In this document: positions 19,348 through 27,962 of the stretch, piece after piece
Layout of the letters: the number at the start of each line of letters is the position of its first letter
Numbering within the stretch: position 1 is the first letter of the stretch
Source of the DNA: Candidatus Gottesmanbacteria bacterium
Lineage (GTDB): Bacteria > Patescibacteriota > Microgenomatia > UBA10105 > UBA927
Direction of reading: 5' to 3'
Length of the DNA: 64,000 nucleotides
NCBI GenBank assembly: GCA_903821745.1
Contig: CAIJMI010000003.1
Location: 22,690-86,689, forward strand
Program-made: the position numbers and the translations under genes
Notes under the pieces: model-generated
What the model saw: the letters and a program-made list of their open reading frames with translations, nothing else
Databases searched by the model: none
Told to the model about the DNA's origin: nothing

Positions 19348-19793
19348 GATAATGTTTTAATGTCAGCTAAAATCTGTCCAGCATGAATAAGTGGATTGAC
19401 ATTTTCATATATCTTCTTTATTGTCCCATCTGGTCCAATGATTGTTGTCGTTCGTTTCACTCCTTCAAATTCTCTGCCCATAAATTTCTTCATTCCCCAC
19501 GCATGGTACGCCTGAATGGTTTTCTTTGATTCATCGCTCAAAATCGGAAAATTAAGACGATACTTATCCGCAAATTTTTTATGAGAAGCAATAGCATCCT
19601 TTGAAACGCCAAGAATGATCACTCCTAGATTCTTAAAATCCGCGGAGCTATCCCGAAAACTACATGCTTCTTTCGTACAACCTGGTGTATTATCTTTTGG
19701 ATAAAAATAAAGGACGACCCACTTTCCTTTATAGTCAGAAAGCGAACGCATCCTACCTGTTTGATCAGGCAATCGAAAAGAAGGGGCTTGCAT
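19344..19793 (-). CDS. bcp: Thiol peroxidase Bcp/PrxQ (peroxiredoxin)
   Basis: 149 aa with FYPKDNTPGCTKEAC containing the peroxidatic Cys. Confidence 0.85.
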   Translation of the reverse strand: MQAPSFRLPDQTGRMRSLSDYKGKWVVLYFYPKDNTPGCTKEACSFRDSSADFKNLGVIILGVSKDAIASHKKFADKYRLNFPILSDESKKTIQAYHAWGMKKFMGREFEGVKRTTTIIGPDGTIKKIYENVNPLIHAGQILADIKTLS

Positions 19794-19799
19794 AATAAT

Positions 19800-20384
19800 T
19801 TACCGAATCAGTCCAATCGGCATATACCACGTATATGGTTTTTGACAAACTGGGCACTTGGAAGGGGGAGTTTTCCCGCGATGAATATATCCACAGTTTA
19901 CACATTTCCACTCGTATTCAGTATTTTGATCATACAGTGTTTTACTGTCTAATTGTTTCGCGATAATGAGGTACCGTTCTTCATGTTTCTCTTCGACCTT
20001 TTTTAAATTACCAAACAATCGTGTTGCTTCAACATCACGTTCTGCGATTGCAGTTTTTTCAAAATTCGGGTACATCGTTGTCCATTCATATTTTTCCCCT
20101 GCTGCCGCCATGTTGAGGTTTTCAACGGTATTTGTGGAGTATGCATGAATATCGAGTGTCACATCAGGAACTGACACTTCACCTTTTATCTTTTCATAAA
20201 GTTCCTCCGCATGTGCACGTTCATTTTCACCTGTTTCTTCAAAAACACGAGCAATCCACTCAAGATTTTCTTTTCTCGCCATTTTCGCAAAAATATTATA
20301 TTTATTTCTTGCCTGGCTCTCGCCTGCAAATGCTTTAAGAAGATTTTGTTGGGTTTGGGATGATGTATTCATAATACTTATCAT
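19800..20384 (-). CDS. rbr: Rubrerythrin with C-terminal rubredoxin-like domain
   Basis: 194 aa. Ferritin-like diiron E..H motifs (NERAHAEE), then C-terminal CVNCG ... CPVC. Confidence 0.85.
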   Translation of the reverse strand: MISIMNTSSQTQQNLLKAFAGESQARNKYNIFAKMARKENLEWIARVFEETGENERAHAEELYEKIKGEVSVPDVTLDIHAYSTNTVENLNMAAAGEKYEWTTMYPNFEKTAIAERDVEATRLFGNLKKVEEKHEERYLIIAKQLDSKTLYDQNTEYEWKCVNCGYIHRGKTPPSKCPVCQKPYTWYMPIGLIR

Positions 20385-20395
20385 TATACAATGCT

Positions 20396-20662
20396 TTACC
20401 TAATTTTTTTTCTTAACCAAGATTGTTTTATTATTCCAAGGGTCAACGTTGAAAGAAAAAATCCAACCGACGGAACGATTGCATTTAACCATGGATCTTT
20501 CACTTGAATAATCTGTAAATATAACCCAATCGCTATATACGTAAACACAATAACGGTAATTCTTCTAATCCAACTTGTCTCCCATTGTTTATCAAGTTCC
20601 ACCCGCCTATTTCGTTTCTCAATTGCAAGTATTCGCTGTTCTAATTCATGAATATCATTCAT
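20396..20662 (-). CDS. Small two-TM membrane protein, unknown function
   Basis: 88 aa. Charged N-terminus then two hydrophobic segments. Confidence 0.4.
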   Translation of the reverse strand: MNDIHELEQRILAIEKRNRRVELDKQWETSWIRRITVIVFTYIAIGLYLQIIQVKDPWLNAIVPSVGFFLSTLTLGIIKQSWLRKKIR

Positions 20663-20664
20663 AA

Positions 20665-21384
20665 TTATTTTTCAATAACTTCTACTGATGTAATCTTCAC
20701 CGGATCCACTGGTGTTGAACCTTCACCCCCTGATTTCGTCGGCGCCGTTGCTATTTTGTCAACGACATCCATGCCTGCTGTAACACGACCGAAAATGACA
20801 TAATTTTTTGGAAGTGGGACATCTGCATGCATAATAAAAAATTGACTTCCATTCGTGTTTGGACCAGCATTTGCCATAGCTATTGTTCTTCTCGTGTACT
20901 CCCCTGTAAATGGTTCATCATCAAATGTATATCCAGGACTTCCGCTCCCTGTTCCTGTCGGATCACCACCCTGAATCATAAACCCCTTAATTACCCGATG
21001 GAAAATGGTATTATTATAAAAATTCTTTCGAGATAATGCGACAAAATTATTTACCGTTATCGGTGTAGCGCTTACTGTTAAGGAAACGGTAATGTCTCCA
21101 AGACTCGTTTTTAAAATTGCCTGATATGTTTTCTTTGTATCAATTTCCATAGCGTACGGTCCTTTCTTTTGATTAATTGTTGGTACTGGTGTTGATGTAG
21201 ATGTTGGAACAGCTGATGTTACCTCATCGCTAAATGATGATGCTGGCTTGTTTTGCATAGTTTGTAACTTGATAGATTCTCCTAATACTGTAGCCTCTTC
21301 CACTGGTCGGGTTTTCAACCAAATCGCCACGCCCCCAAACATAAATGCAAGTATTATCACAACAATGCTTATCCGTTTTATCAT
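20665..21384 (-). CDS. ppiB: Membrane-anchored cyclophilin-type peptidyl-prolyl isomerase
   Basis: Cyclophilin core (FHRVIKGFMIQGGDP, AMANAGPNTNGSQFFI) behind a TM anchor and a Ser/Thr-rich linker. ATG at 21384 preferred over the TTG at 21429. Confidence 0.85.
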   Translation of the reverse strand: MIKRISIVVIILAFMFGGVAIWLKTRPVEEATVLGESIKLQTMQNKPASSFSDEVTSAVPTSTSTPVPTINQKKGPYAMEIDTKKTYQAILKTSLGDITVSLTVSATPITVNNFVALSRKNFYNNTIFHRVIKGFMIQGGDPTGTGSGSPGYTFDDEPFTGEYTRRTIAMANAGPNTNGSQFFIMHADVPLPKNYVIFGRVTAGMDVVDKIATAPTKSGGEGSTPVDPVKITSVEVIEK

Positions 21385-21420
21385 ATGAGCTATAGTACCA
21401 TATTTTTCTAATATTTTAAT

Positions 21421-22167
21421 ATGGTACAATATCGCCAGATACGTATGCCGATCTTATTTGCAGTTCTTACTTTTATCTCAACCCTTTGTGGAGGTCTCGT
21501 TGCACTCCGGTTTAAAAATAAAATCCATTTAATTCTCGGATTTACTGCAGGAGTGCTTCTTGCTGTCGTCGCGTTTGATATTTTCCCAGAAATAAATGAT
21601 TTAACGGCAAAATTAAACGGTAACATTATGCACCCAATGATTGCACTCATTCTGGGATTCATGATGTTTCATATCCTAGAAAAAGTGCTGATTATGCACT
21701 ATGCAGAAGAAGATCAATATCATGCACATAAACATCCTGTTGTTGGTATCGCATCTGGTATTGCTATTGCACTTCATGCGTTTTTTGATGGTGTTGGTAT
21801 CGGACTTGGTTTTAAAATCTCTTCAACCATCGGTATATTTATTGCTCTTGCCGTTATTGCACATGATTTTTCAGATGGGTTAAATACTGTAACGTTAGCG
21901 CTTGTGAATAAAAATACCAGAAATAAAGCGATCAAACTTCTTTTGCTTGTGGCAATAGCACCAATTCTTGGAATATTTTCAACTAATTTCTTTACCATTT
22001 CTCCCTATTTTCTCCTTCTATATCTGGGGTATTTTTCGGGGTTTTTATTATATATTGGTGCCTCGGACATTTTACCAGAAGCACACAGTAGCCATTCATC
22101 GCTCTCAACAATTCTAATGACAATCCTTGGAATTCTGCTTATTTTCTTTGTAAGTCAAATTGTCTAA
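21421..22167 (+). CDS. zupT: ZIP-family divalent metal transporter (ZupT-like)
   Basis: 248 aa polytopic protein with HAFFDGVGIG and AHDFSDGL metal-binding helices. Confidence 0.8.
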   Translation: MVQYRQIRMPILFAVLTFISTLCGGLVALRFKNKIHLILGFTAGVLLAVVAFDIFPEINDLTAKLNGNIMHPMIALILGFMMFHILEKVLIMHYAEEDQYHAHKHPVVGIASGIAIALHAFFDGVGIGLGFKISSTIGIFIALAVIAHDFSDGLNTVTLALVNKNTRNKAIKLLLLVAIAPILGIFSTNFFTISPYFLLLYLGYFSGFLLYIGASDILPEAHSSHSSLSTILMTILGILLIFFVSQIV

Positions 22168-22170
22168 CGA

Positions 22171-22877
22171 TCATTTCTCCATGGCTTTTTTTCGAAGATT
22201 TGCTGGCATGAGTTCGATTGCATATCGAAGTGCTGTTCTGGGCATTTCGTTTTTATGTCGCACAACATACTTAAATATTTCTTTTTGATGAAGTCTGCTT
22301 GCTTCTTTTAGCATCCATCCATATCCTTTTTGAACCATATCATCAGTGTCCAAAAGCAAAATATTAGCAATATCAAAGACCTCATCAAGAAATTTTCCAT
22401 GCTTTGCTGGTACTATGAGTGAAACTGCAGATGCACGTTTCACCCATCGATTTTTTGATTTTGCCCAAGTTTTTAACTCTTGGACATACTCTGGATACAT
22501 TTGGAAAAAATCACCGACAGTATGATTACAAAATCCGTCACACGATGCCCAATTCGTAATGTATGTATTGATCCAGTGATAAAAAACAGCAAAATCGGTC
22601 TTCTCAAATTGCCTTGCCATTCGTGGCACCCAAGTGGAAACAACAAATGATTCTTCCATGACACCTGATTTATAAAGTTCCTCGCAAAGGTCAAAAATTT
22701 CTTGCTTCGGAAGATCTTTTATTTCTTTCCAATATTTTTTGCAATATCAACTACCGTCCCAGTTGGTACTCCATATACGAGGATTGCTTCTTTGAAAAAA
22801 CGTTTTGCTGATTCCTTTCCATTCCTATCAGCATGTTCTTTTAAATCATTTCTGAGGAGGGATAAAACGTTCTTCAT
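22171..22877 (-). pseudogene. AlkD-like DNA alkylation repair glycosylase, interrupted by a single-nucleotide frameshift in an A-rich run
   Basis: N-terminal frame from 22877 (MKNVLSLLRNDLKEHADRNGKESAKRFFKEAILVYGVPTGTVVDIAKNIGKK) hits a stop at 22719. A frame offset by 1 nt continues as KEIKDLPKQEIFDLCEELYKSGVMEESF...WASCDGFC...VQKGYGWMLKE to 22171. Together they make one HEAT-like AlkD/AlkC-family protein. Confidence 0.6.
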
Positions 22878-23446
22878 ATCATGTGTTCCAGAGTTAAAAG
22901 AATAGAACTTCGACCTTCATTGGTCTTCGTGCTATAAGGAATTACAATTGCACCTCCGCTTTGTTTTGTTATTTCGTCAATTTGTTTTTTTTGTTCCAGT
23001 TTGGATAATTTATCTATTTTGTTTGCAATGATAATCCTATCAATTTTTAACTTTGCTAGGTAGTCGACCATTTGTAAATCAAAATCTGTCATACCAACAA
23101 CACTGTCTACAATATGAATAACAACCCGCCGTTTCACTTCGGAATATTCAAAATACCACATCATCATTTTTCGATATCGTTCACGTTCATCAGCTGACGC
23201 ATGCGCAAAACCATATCCAGGAAAATCAACAAAATAAAACTTGTTGTTGATCACAAAAATATCAAGATGTTTGGTTTTGCCTGGAGCTTTACTCGATCGA
23301 GCTAATTTCTCATGTACAAGGGAATTAATGACGCTAGACTTTCCAACATTTGATCTTCCAACAAAAGCAACTTGGAATTTAGCGTCATAAAGAATCTTAT
23401 CTGTGCCATTAATACTTTTGACAAATACTGCTGATGTTATCGTCAT
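22874..23446 (-). CDS. engB: Ribosome biogenesis GTPase EngB/YsxC
   Basis: G1 motif FVGRSNVGKSSVIN, G3 DFPGYG, G4 NKIDK. ATG at 23446 preferred over the upstream TTG. Confidence 0.85.
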   Translation of the reverse strand: MTITSAVFVKSINGTDKILYDAKFQVAFVGRSNVGKSSVINSLVHEKLARSSKAPGKTKHLDIFVINNKFYFVDFPGYGFAHASADERERYRKMMMWYFEYSEVKRRVVIHIVDSVVGMTDFDLQMVDYLAKLKIDRIIIANKIDKLSKLEQKKQIDEITKQSGGAIVIPYSTKTNEGRSSILLTLEHMI

Positions 23447-23582
23447 GCCCGTATTATACCAAGTATGTACCTTTAGCACCCATATTAGCCTCATAAGCCT
23501 ATAAAATAACCGCTTCTACTGATTTTTATAGCTAATCAGCTTGATTTGACGATCAAATCCGCGTATAATTCGCAAAACCACT

Positions 23583-24641
23583 ATGGGACTCGAAAATAGA
23601 CTCCATCATTTTGATGGACCACAACATTTTTTCCATTGTTTACCTGTGGAGGACTTATCGGAATTTAATTCTTTAAACTTACGTCAATGGGAAACACAAG
23701 CAGGACCGAAAACATTCGTGGAACGATTTCTCATTGAGGGTGTTGGATTTTTTCCGGACAAAATGATTATTCCGCGCTCCATTGTAGAAGTGACTGATAT
23801 TCCTCGTATCAAACAACTCCTTGAAGAAGGAATCGATCAAAAATATTCCATGGGTGTACGAACGATTTCAGAAAAACCTACTCTTTTTGGTAATAAATTA
23901 CCTTGGGATATGGAAATAAATACACCAGAAAAAATCAATATGTTTATTTCTGCAACACTCCCTTTATGGCAAGATTATTCAAAAAATAACGGACTCACTA
24001 TTAATCAATTGATCATTATGAAAAATTTACCCGAGATAGGAACAAAACATTCCGACAAAAATCAATTTGTTGCAAGACTGAGATGGGACTCAATGAGTGA
24101 CCGTTCCAATGAACTTACACCGTATCAACTTACATTAGAAATGGTTTCGGGAACCAATCAGCTTCGCGGTTTAGATACCTGTATGGAAGATACACAAGTA
24201 AATCAATCGGTCCTTTTTCGTTATCAGGCAAAATATTCACCAACGCGATACTTTCTAGGAGGAACCGTAACCATCGGAACTAAATATTTTATCGAACTTC
24301 AGACAGAAGCAAAAAAAATTTTGATAGAAAACCAGTTTATGTTACCCGATTCTGTACGAGCGACACTTCGCTCGGAAGAACTCCCATATATCGATACACT
24401 GTTAACTTTTTTACGTGAGGCAGCGGTTGATCCGAATATTCAATTACTTGAACGATTTGAGTTCTTTTCCTCGATTGGCCTTTCAGCAGTAGAAATTCAG
24501 GGATATACCAATAAAGCCGACAAAAACTACGCACGTATTTATGGACTCAGGGGACACAAAGATGAAACAAAAACTGGCTTAGATCAATTTACTAAAAATA
24601 TAGAAGAATTATCAACAAGAAACTTATTGAAATCCTTTTAA
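23583..24641 (+). CDS. Hypothetical cytoplasmic protein, no recognisable family
   Basis: 352 aa, not hydrophobic and not low-complexity. I recognise no motif. Lone plus-strand gene between minus-strand neighbours. Confidence 0.5.
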   Translation: MGLENRLHHFDGPQHFFHCLPVEDLSEFNSLNLRQWETQAGPKTFVERFLIEGVGFFPDKMIIPRSIVEVTDIPRIKQLLEEGIDQKYSMGVRTISEKPTLFGNKLPWDMEINTPEKINMFISATLPLWQDYSKNNGLTINQLIIMKNLPEIGTKHSDKNQFVARLRWDSMSDRSNELTPYQLTLEMVSGTNQLRGLDTCMEDTQVNQSVLFRYQAKYSPTRYFLGGTVTIGTKYFIELQTEAKKILIENQFMLPDSVRATLRSEELPYIDTLLTFLREAAVDPNIQLLERFEFFSSIGLSAVEIQGYTNKADKNYARIYGLRGHKDETKTGLDQFTKNIEELSTRNLLKSF

Positions 24642-24943
24642 CTCTCGGACCAACGACTTATAGAAAGATCCACTCTTGCCTTCTTAAACATAACCCCTTC
24701 ATGTATAAGCATTGATTTCTTTTTTACAATTCCGCCGGGAGCAGAATATCCTGTAAGTTTTCCATCTGATGCAACAACTCTATGACAGGGAACTCTAGGA
24801 GCGAAAGGATTTTTTTTCATGAACATACCAACAGCCCGCGCAGCTTTTGCGTTTCCTGCAAGTCGTGCAATTTGCCCATATGTAGCAACTTTTCCTTTTG
24901 GAATTTTTGCTGTTATTTTATACACAGTATCTCTAAATGACAT
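24638..24943 (-). CDS. ogt: Stand-alone methylated-DNA-protein-cysteine methyltransferase (Ogt/MGMT) DNA-binding/active-site domain
   Basis: 101 aa: ATYGQIARLAG...AARAVGMFMKKNP...PCHRVV, with the acceptor Cys retained. Confidence 0.75.
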   Translation of the reverse strand: MSFRDTVYKITAKIPKGKVATYGQIARLAGNAKAARAVGMFMKKNPFAPRVPCHRVVASDGKLTGYSAPGGIVKKKSMLIHEGVMFKKARVDLSISRWSES

Positions 24944-25014
24944 ATAAAAACATTTTACAACAATATTGTTTTTCTAAAGTAGCACAACAAAAATCAATAA
25001 TTATTTTGCTTTAA

Positions 25015-26211
25015 TTAATCAACAAACGTTAACGCAGTTCCTTTCTTACCAGCTCTTCCAGTTCTACCAATACGATGAATATAATCCTCATATGTTTCTG
25101 GAGCGTCATAGTTAATGACATGTGTCACCCCTTCAATATCAATGCCACGAGCCGCAACATCTGTTGCAATAAGAATATTCTTTCTATTATTTTTAAATTC
25201 AGATAATGCGCGTTGTCGTTGCCCTTGTGACTTATTTCCATGAATAATTGCTGTTTTAAATCCTCGTTCAATCAAAGAATGAGAAAGTTTATCCATTCCC
25301 CATTTTGTTCGTCCAAAAATGATTACTTTATCAAACCCTGGTTGTATAAGAAGATCATGTAAGACTTCAATCTTAACTTTACCACCTGTCCGCACAATAT
25401 CCTGATCAATATTTTTTACACCGTCCTGATGTTGTACAGAAACAGTTACTGGGTTAATAACAAACTCTTTTAAAATCTCCTGCGTACTTCCATCAACTGT
25501 GGCGGAAAAAAATAATGATTGACGTACTTTTGGAAGATAGGAAACAAGATATTTAATATCTTTAATAAATCCAATATCTACCATTCGATCTACTTCATCG
25601 AGTACTACATTCTCAAATAAGTTTAAATTCAGTTCACCCCGATCTACAAGATCTGTCAATCTTCCTGGAGTTCCGATAACAACGTGTGGATTTCTTCGAA
25701 GTTCATATTTTTGACGCTGAATATTCGCCCCACCAATAATGGCAGCTACTTCAAGACCTGTTCCCCGACCAAAAATAAAAAACTCATCACGAATTTGACA
25801 TGCAAGTTCCCGCGTTGGGACAACTATTAACACACGTTGATTGTGATCTAACATACATTTGTTAATAAGGGAAATAAGAAATGCTGCAGTCTTCCCCGTG
25901 CCAGTATTTGCTATACCAATGACATCACGTCCTGCAAGAATCTCAGGAATAGCCTTATCCTGAATGGCAGTCGGGATAGTATAGCCATGTTCTTCAATGT
26001 TTCTCTTAATCTTGTCATTAATCGCATAGTCAGCAAAACGTGCCGTTACAACCTGTTCTGGTTGCGGTGCTATAGCTGATGCCTTTTTAATAAAAAGATT
26101 CGGATTCAGATATTTCACTCCACGACGACCCCCCCCGCTACCTCGTGAGGCAAAAAGATTGCGTCCGTGTGGACCACGGCTATATTGACGTTGTCTATTA
26201 AATCCATGCAT
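25015..26211 (-). CDS. DEAD-box ATP-dependent RNA helicase with N-terminal RGG-rich tail
   Basis: Q motif (GYTIPTAIQ), motif I GTGKTAAF, motif II DEVD, SAT, HRIGRTGRAG. About 55-aa Arg/Gly-rich N-terminal extension. Confidence 0.9.
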   Translation of the reverse strand: MHGFNRQRQYSRGPHGRNLFASRGSGGGRRGVKYLNPNLFIKKASAIAPQPEQVVTARFADYAINDKIKRNIEEHGYTIPTAIQDKAIPEILAGRDVIGIANTGTGKTAAFLISLINKCMLDHNQRVLIVVPTRELACQIRDEFFIFGRGTGLEVAAIIGGANIQRQKYELRRNPHVVIGTPGRLTDLVDRGELNLNLFENVVLDEVDRMVDIGFIKDIKYLVSYLPKVRQSLFFSATVDGSTQEILKEFVINPVTVSVQHQDGVKNIDQDIVRTGGKVKIEVLHDLLIQPGFDKVIIFGRTKWGMDKLSHSLIERGFKTAIIHGNKSQGQRQRALSEFKNNRKNILIATDVAARGIDIEGVTHVINYDAPETYEDYIHRIGRTGRAGKKGTALTFVD

Positions 26212-26212
26212 A

Positions 26213-26470
26213 TTATCTCCGTTCCTGTGGTTTTGCTTCTTTCACAACCAGCGATCGACCCGAAAAAGATGAACCATCAAGTTTTACCATCGCCTCGACT
26301 GCAATTTCTGCTGTTTCCATTTCAACAAAGGCAAATCCTTTTCCCATTCCAGTCATTCTGTCAACAATAAATTTTGCTGATAGAACAGTTCCATATGTGG
26401 AAAAAAGCACAGCTAGTTGTGCTTTGGTTGTTGAATATTCTAAATTTCCAATAAATAATTTATTTGTCAT
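26213..26470 (-). CDS. RNA-recognition-motif (RRM) RNA-binding protein
   Basis: 85 aa with RNP-2 LFIGNL and RNP-1 KGFAFVEM. Its stop codon lies 1 nt from the helicase ATG. Confidence 0.8.
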   Translation of the reverse strand: MTNKLFIGNLEYSTTKAQLAVLFSTYGTVLSAKFIVDRMTGMGKGFAFVEMETAEIAVEAMVKLDGSSFSGRSLVVKEAKPQERR

Positions 26471-26740
26471 CTATATATCCTTTCTTTCAAGTCATCTTTT
26501 TTGTGAAAAAATGATATACGAATACCACTGCTTAGAAAATTGAAAAAGAATGCAAGTGGGAAAGAAGATACAAATTTGAAAAATTGAGGTATCTTTTATC
26601 TCTAACTTAAAACCTTCAAAATCAAGATATAAGCAGAAGTACTTGTGTACCATCTGCGGTTACAAATAGTAATATACCACAGATAGCCCATATTAGCTAG
26701 TTATAGGCTAATTATCACATCCCAACGAAACAAATCTATA

Positions 26741-27001
26741 TTAGTGAAAGCCTATTTTACTTCCAATTACGGTTTCCTTTTGAGCATGGGTTAGTTGCTT
26801 TAATCGATATTCCCGTTTTAATGCCTCACCTCGAGAGGGAAATTGCTCTTGATACACGAGTGTGATTGAATCAAAACTTTTTGTATATTTTGCCGCCCTT
26901 TTCTTTTTACTTCGATGTTCCCGCAATCGCTTCTCCATATTATTTGTTTGACCAACATACAAGGTGTTAGCTGAAGTCCGAAGAATATAAACGGTGATCA
27001 T
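26741..27001 (-). CDS. GIY-YIG nuclease-superfamily small protein (YhbQ-like)
   Basis: 86 aa: VYILRTSANTLYVGQTNNMEKRLREH matches the GIY-YIG motifs. Confidence 0.7.
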   Translation of the reverse strand: MITVYILRTSANTLYVGQTNNMEKRLREHRSKKKRAAKYTKSFDSITLVYQEQFPSRGEALKREYRLKQLTHAQKETVIGSKIGFH

Positions 27002-27057
27002 ATTTATGGCTACCTGACTGCGATTCTCGCGATAGCCTCAAGATTCTATTATTGGTT

Positions 27058-27747
27058 TTACCTTAATATCTTTCTGACGGTGCTATTAGCTAGTATTTTC
27101 ATTGTGTCATAAATTTTCACGTGGTCATGCTGAGGTACAATGAGCTGCAAATCAGTACATGCGAGGATTATAGTATGGACATCTTGCGATACAAAACTGT
27201 CGATAATACCTAATAATTCCTGCTTATCAACTTCTGTATGTTTTGATTGGACTAGATTATTAATTATTATTCCCATTTTATTCTGATCTTCATCACTTGG
27301 AGACTTGTATGAGATATCTGCATTTGTAAGCATCGCTTCGTAAACCTTGTCTCGTAGAGTCACTGAGGTTGCCAAAATTCCTATTTCCTTTATTGATTTC
27401 TCTCGAAGAAAATTAACTGTTTCCTCAATAATACTCAGTACGGGAATTTTTACTGACTTTCGGATTTTTTCGATAAAAATGTGAACAGAGTTACAAGGGA
27501 TAACTATAAAGTCTGCACCACCTTTTTCTAATCGTTTTGCAGCGTCAAGCAATAACGGTATGTATACATCTGCTCCTGTCCCGTCGATAATGAATCTTTC
27601 TTCAACAACATTTGGGATCGGCACGTTCCAAATAAGCATCGGTGGACGATTTTGTCTTTTTTCTTTAAAGCAGGAAAAAACTACCTCTAAATAGAAGTTT
27701 GCTGTCGTTTCTGGACCTAGACCTCCAATAATACCTGCTGTTTTCAT
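27058..27747 (-). CDS. Aspartate/glutamate racemase-family protein
   Basis: 229 aa: MKTAGIIGGLGPETT start and two conserved Cys regions typical of Asp/Glu racemases. Confidence 0.78.
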   Translation of the reverse strand: MKTAGIIGGLGPETTANFYLEVVFSCFKEKRQNRPPMLIWNVPIPNVVEERFIIDGTGADVYIPLLLDAAKRLEKGGADFIVIPCNSVHIFIEKIRKSVKIPVLSIIEETVNFLREKSIKEIGILATSVTLRDKVYEAMLTNADISYKSPSDEDQNKMGIIINNLVQSKHTEVDKQELLGIIDSFVSQDVHTIILACTDLQLIVPQHDHVKIYDTMKILANSTVRKILR

Positions 27748-27962
27748 ATATTTAAGCTGAACAACATTTGTACGGTTGTTTAATCCGTATTGCCTAGTTC
27801 TTACGGAAAGATTGCAACTTTGGCTTCAACATTCAACTTTTGAGGGTGTGAATGTCGATAGTGTGGTTTCAGTACTATCCGTCTTAGCTGGGAGACTTGG
27901 ATTCGGACCAAGATAACATCCTCCAGAGGGATGTGTACTACCATTGTACGATCTCCCAAATG

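Noticed and set aside
23483-23545. Shared 11-mer CCCATATTAGC with nearby AGCCTAT/ATAGGCT inverted elements, upstream of engB and again at 26686-26720 downstream of the GIY-YIG gene
   Set aside because: Exact 11-mer coincidences are expected many times over in 64 kb of AT-rich DNA. The surrounding similarity is weak, so there is not enough to call a repeat family or operator.
27748-27962. Possibility that the GC-rich spacer is SRP RNA or tmRNA
   Set aside because: I find neither the SRP domain IV GGAA/AGCAG motif nor a tRNA-like 3' end with a T-loop. It is kept only as an unclassified structured-RNA candidate.
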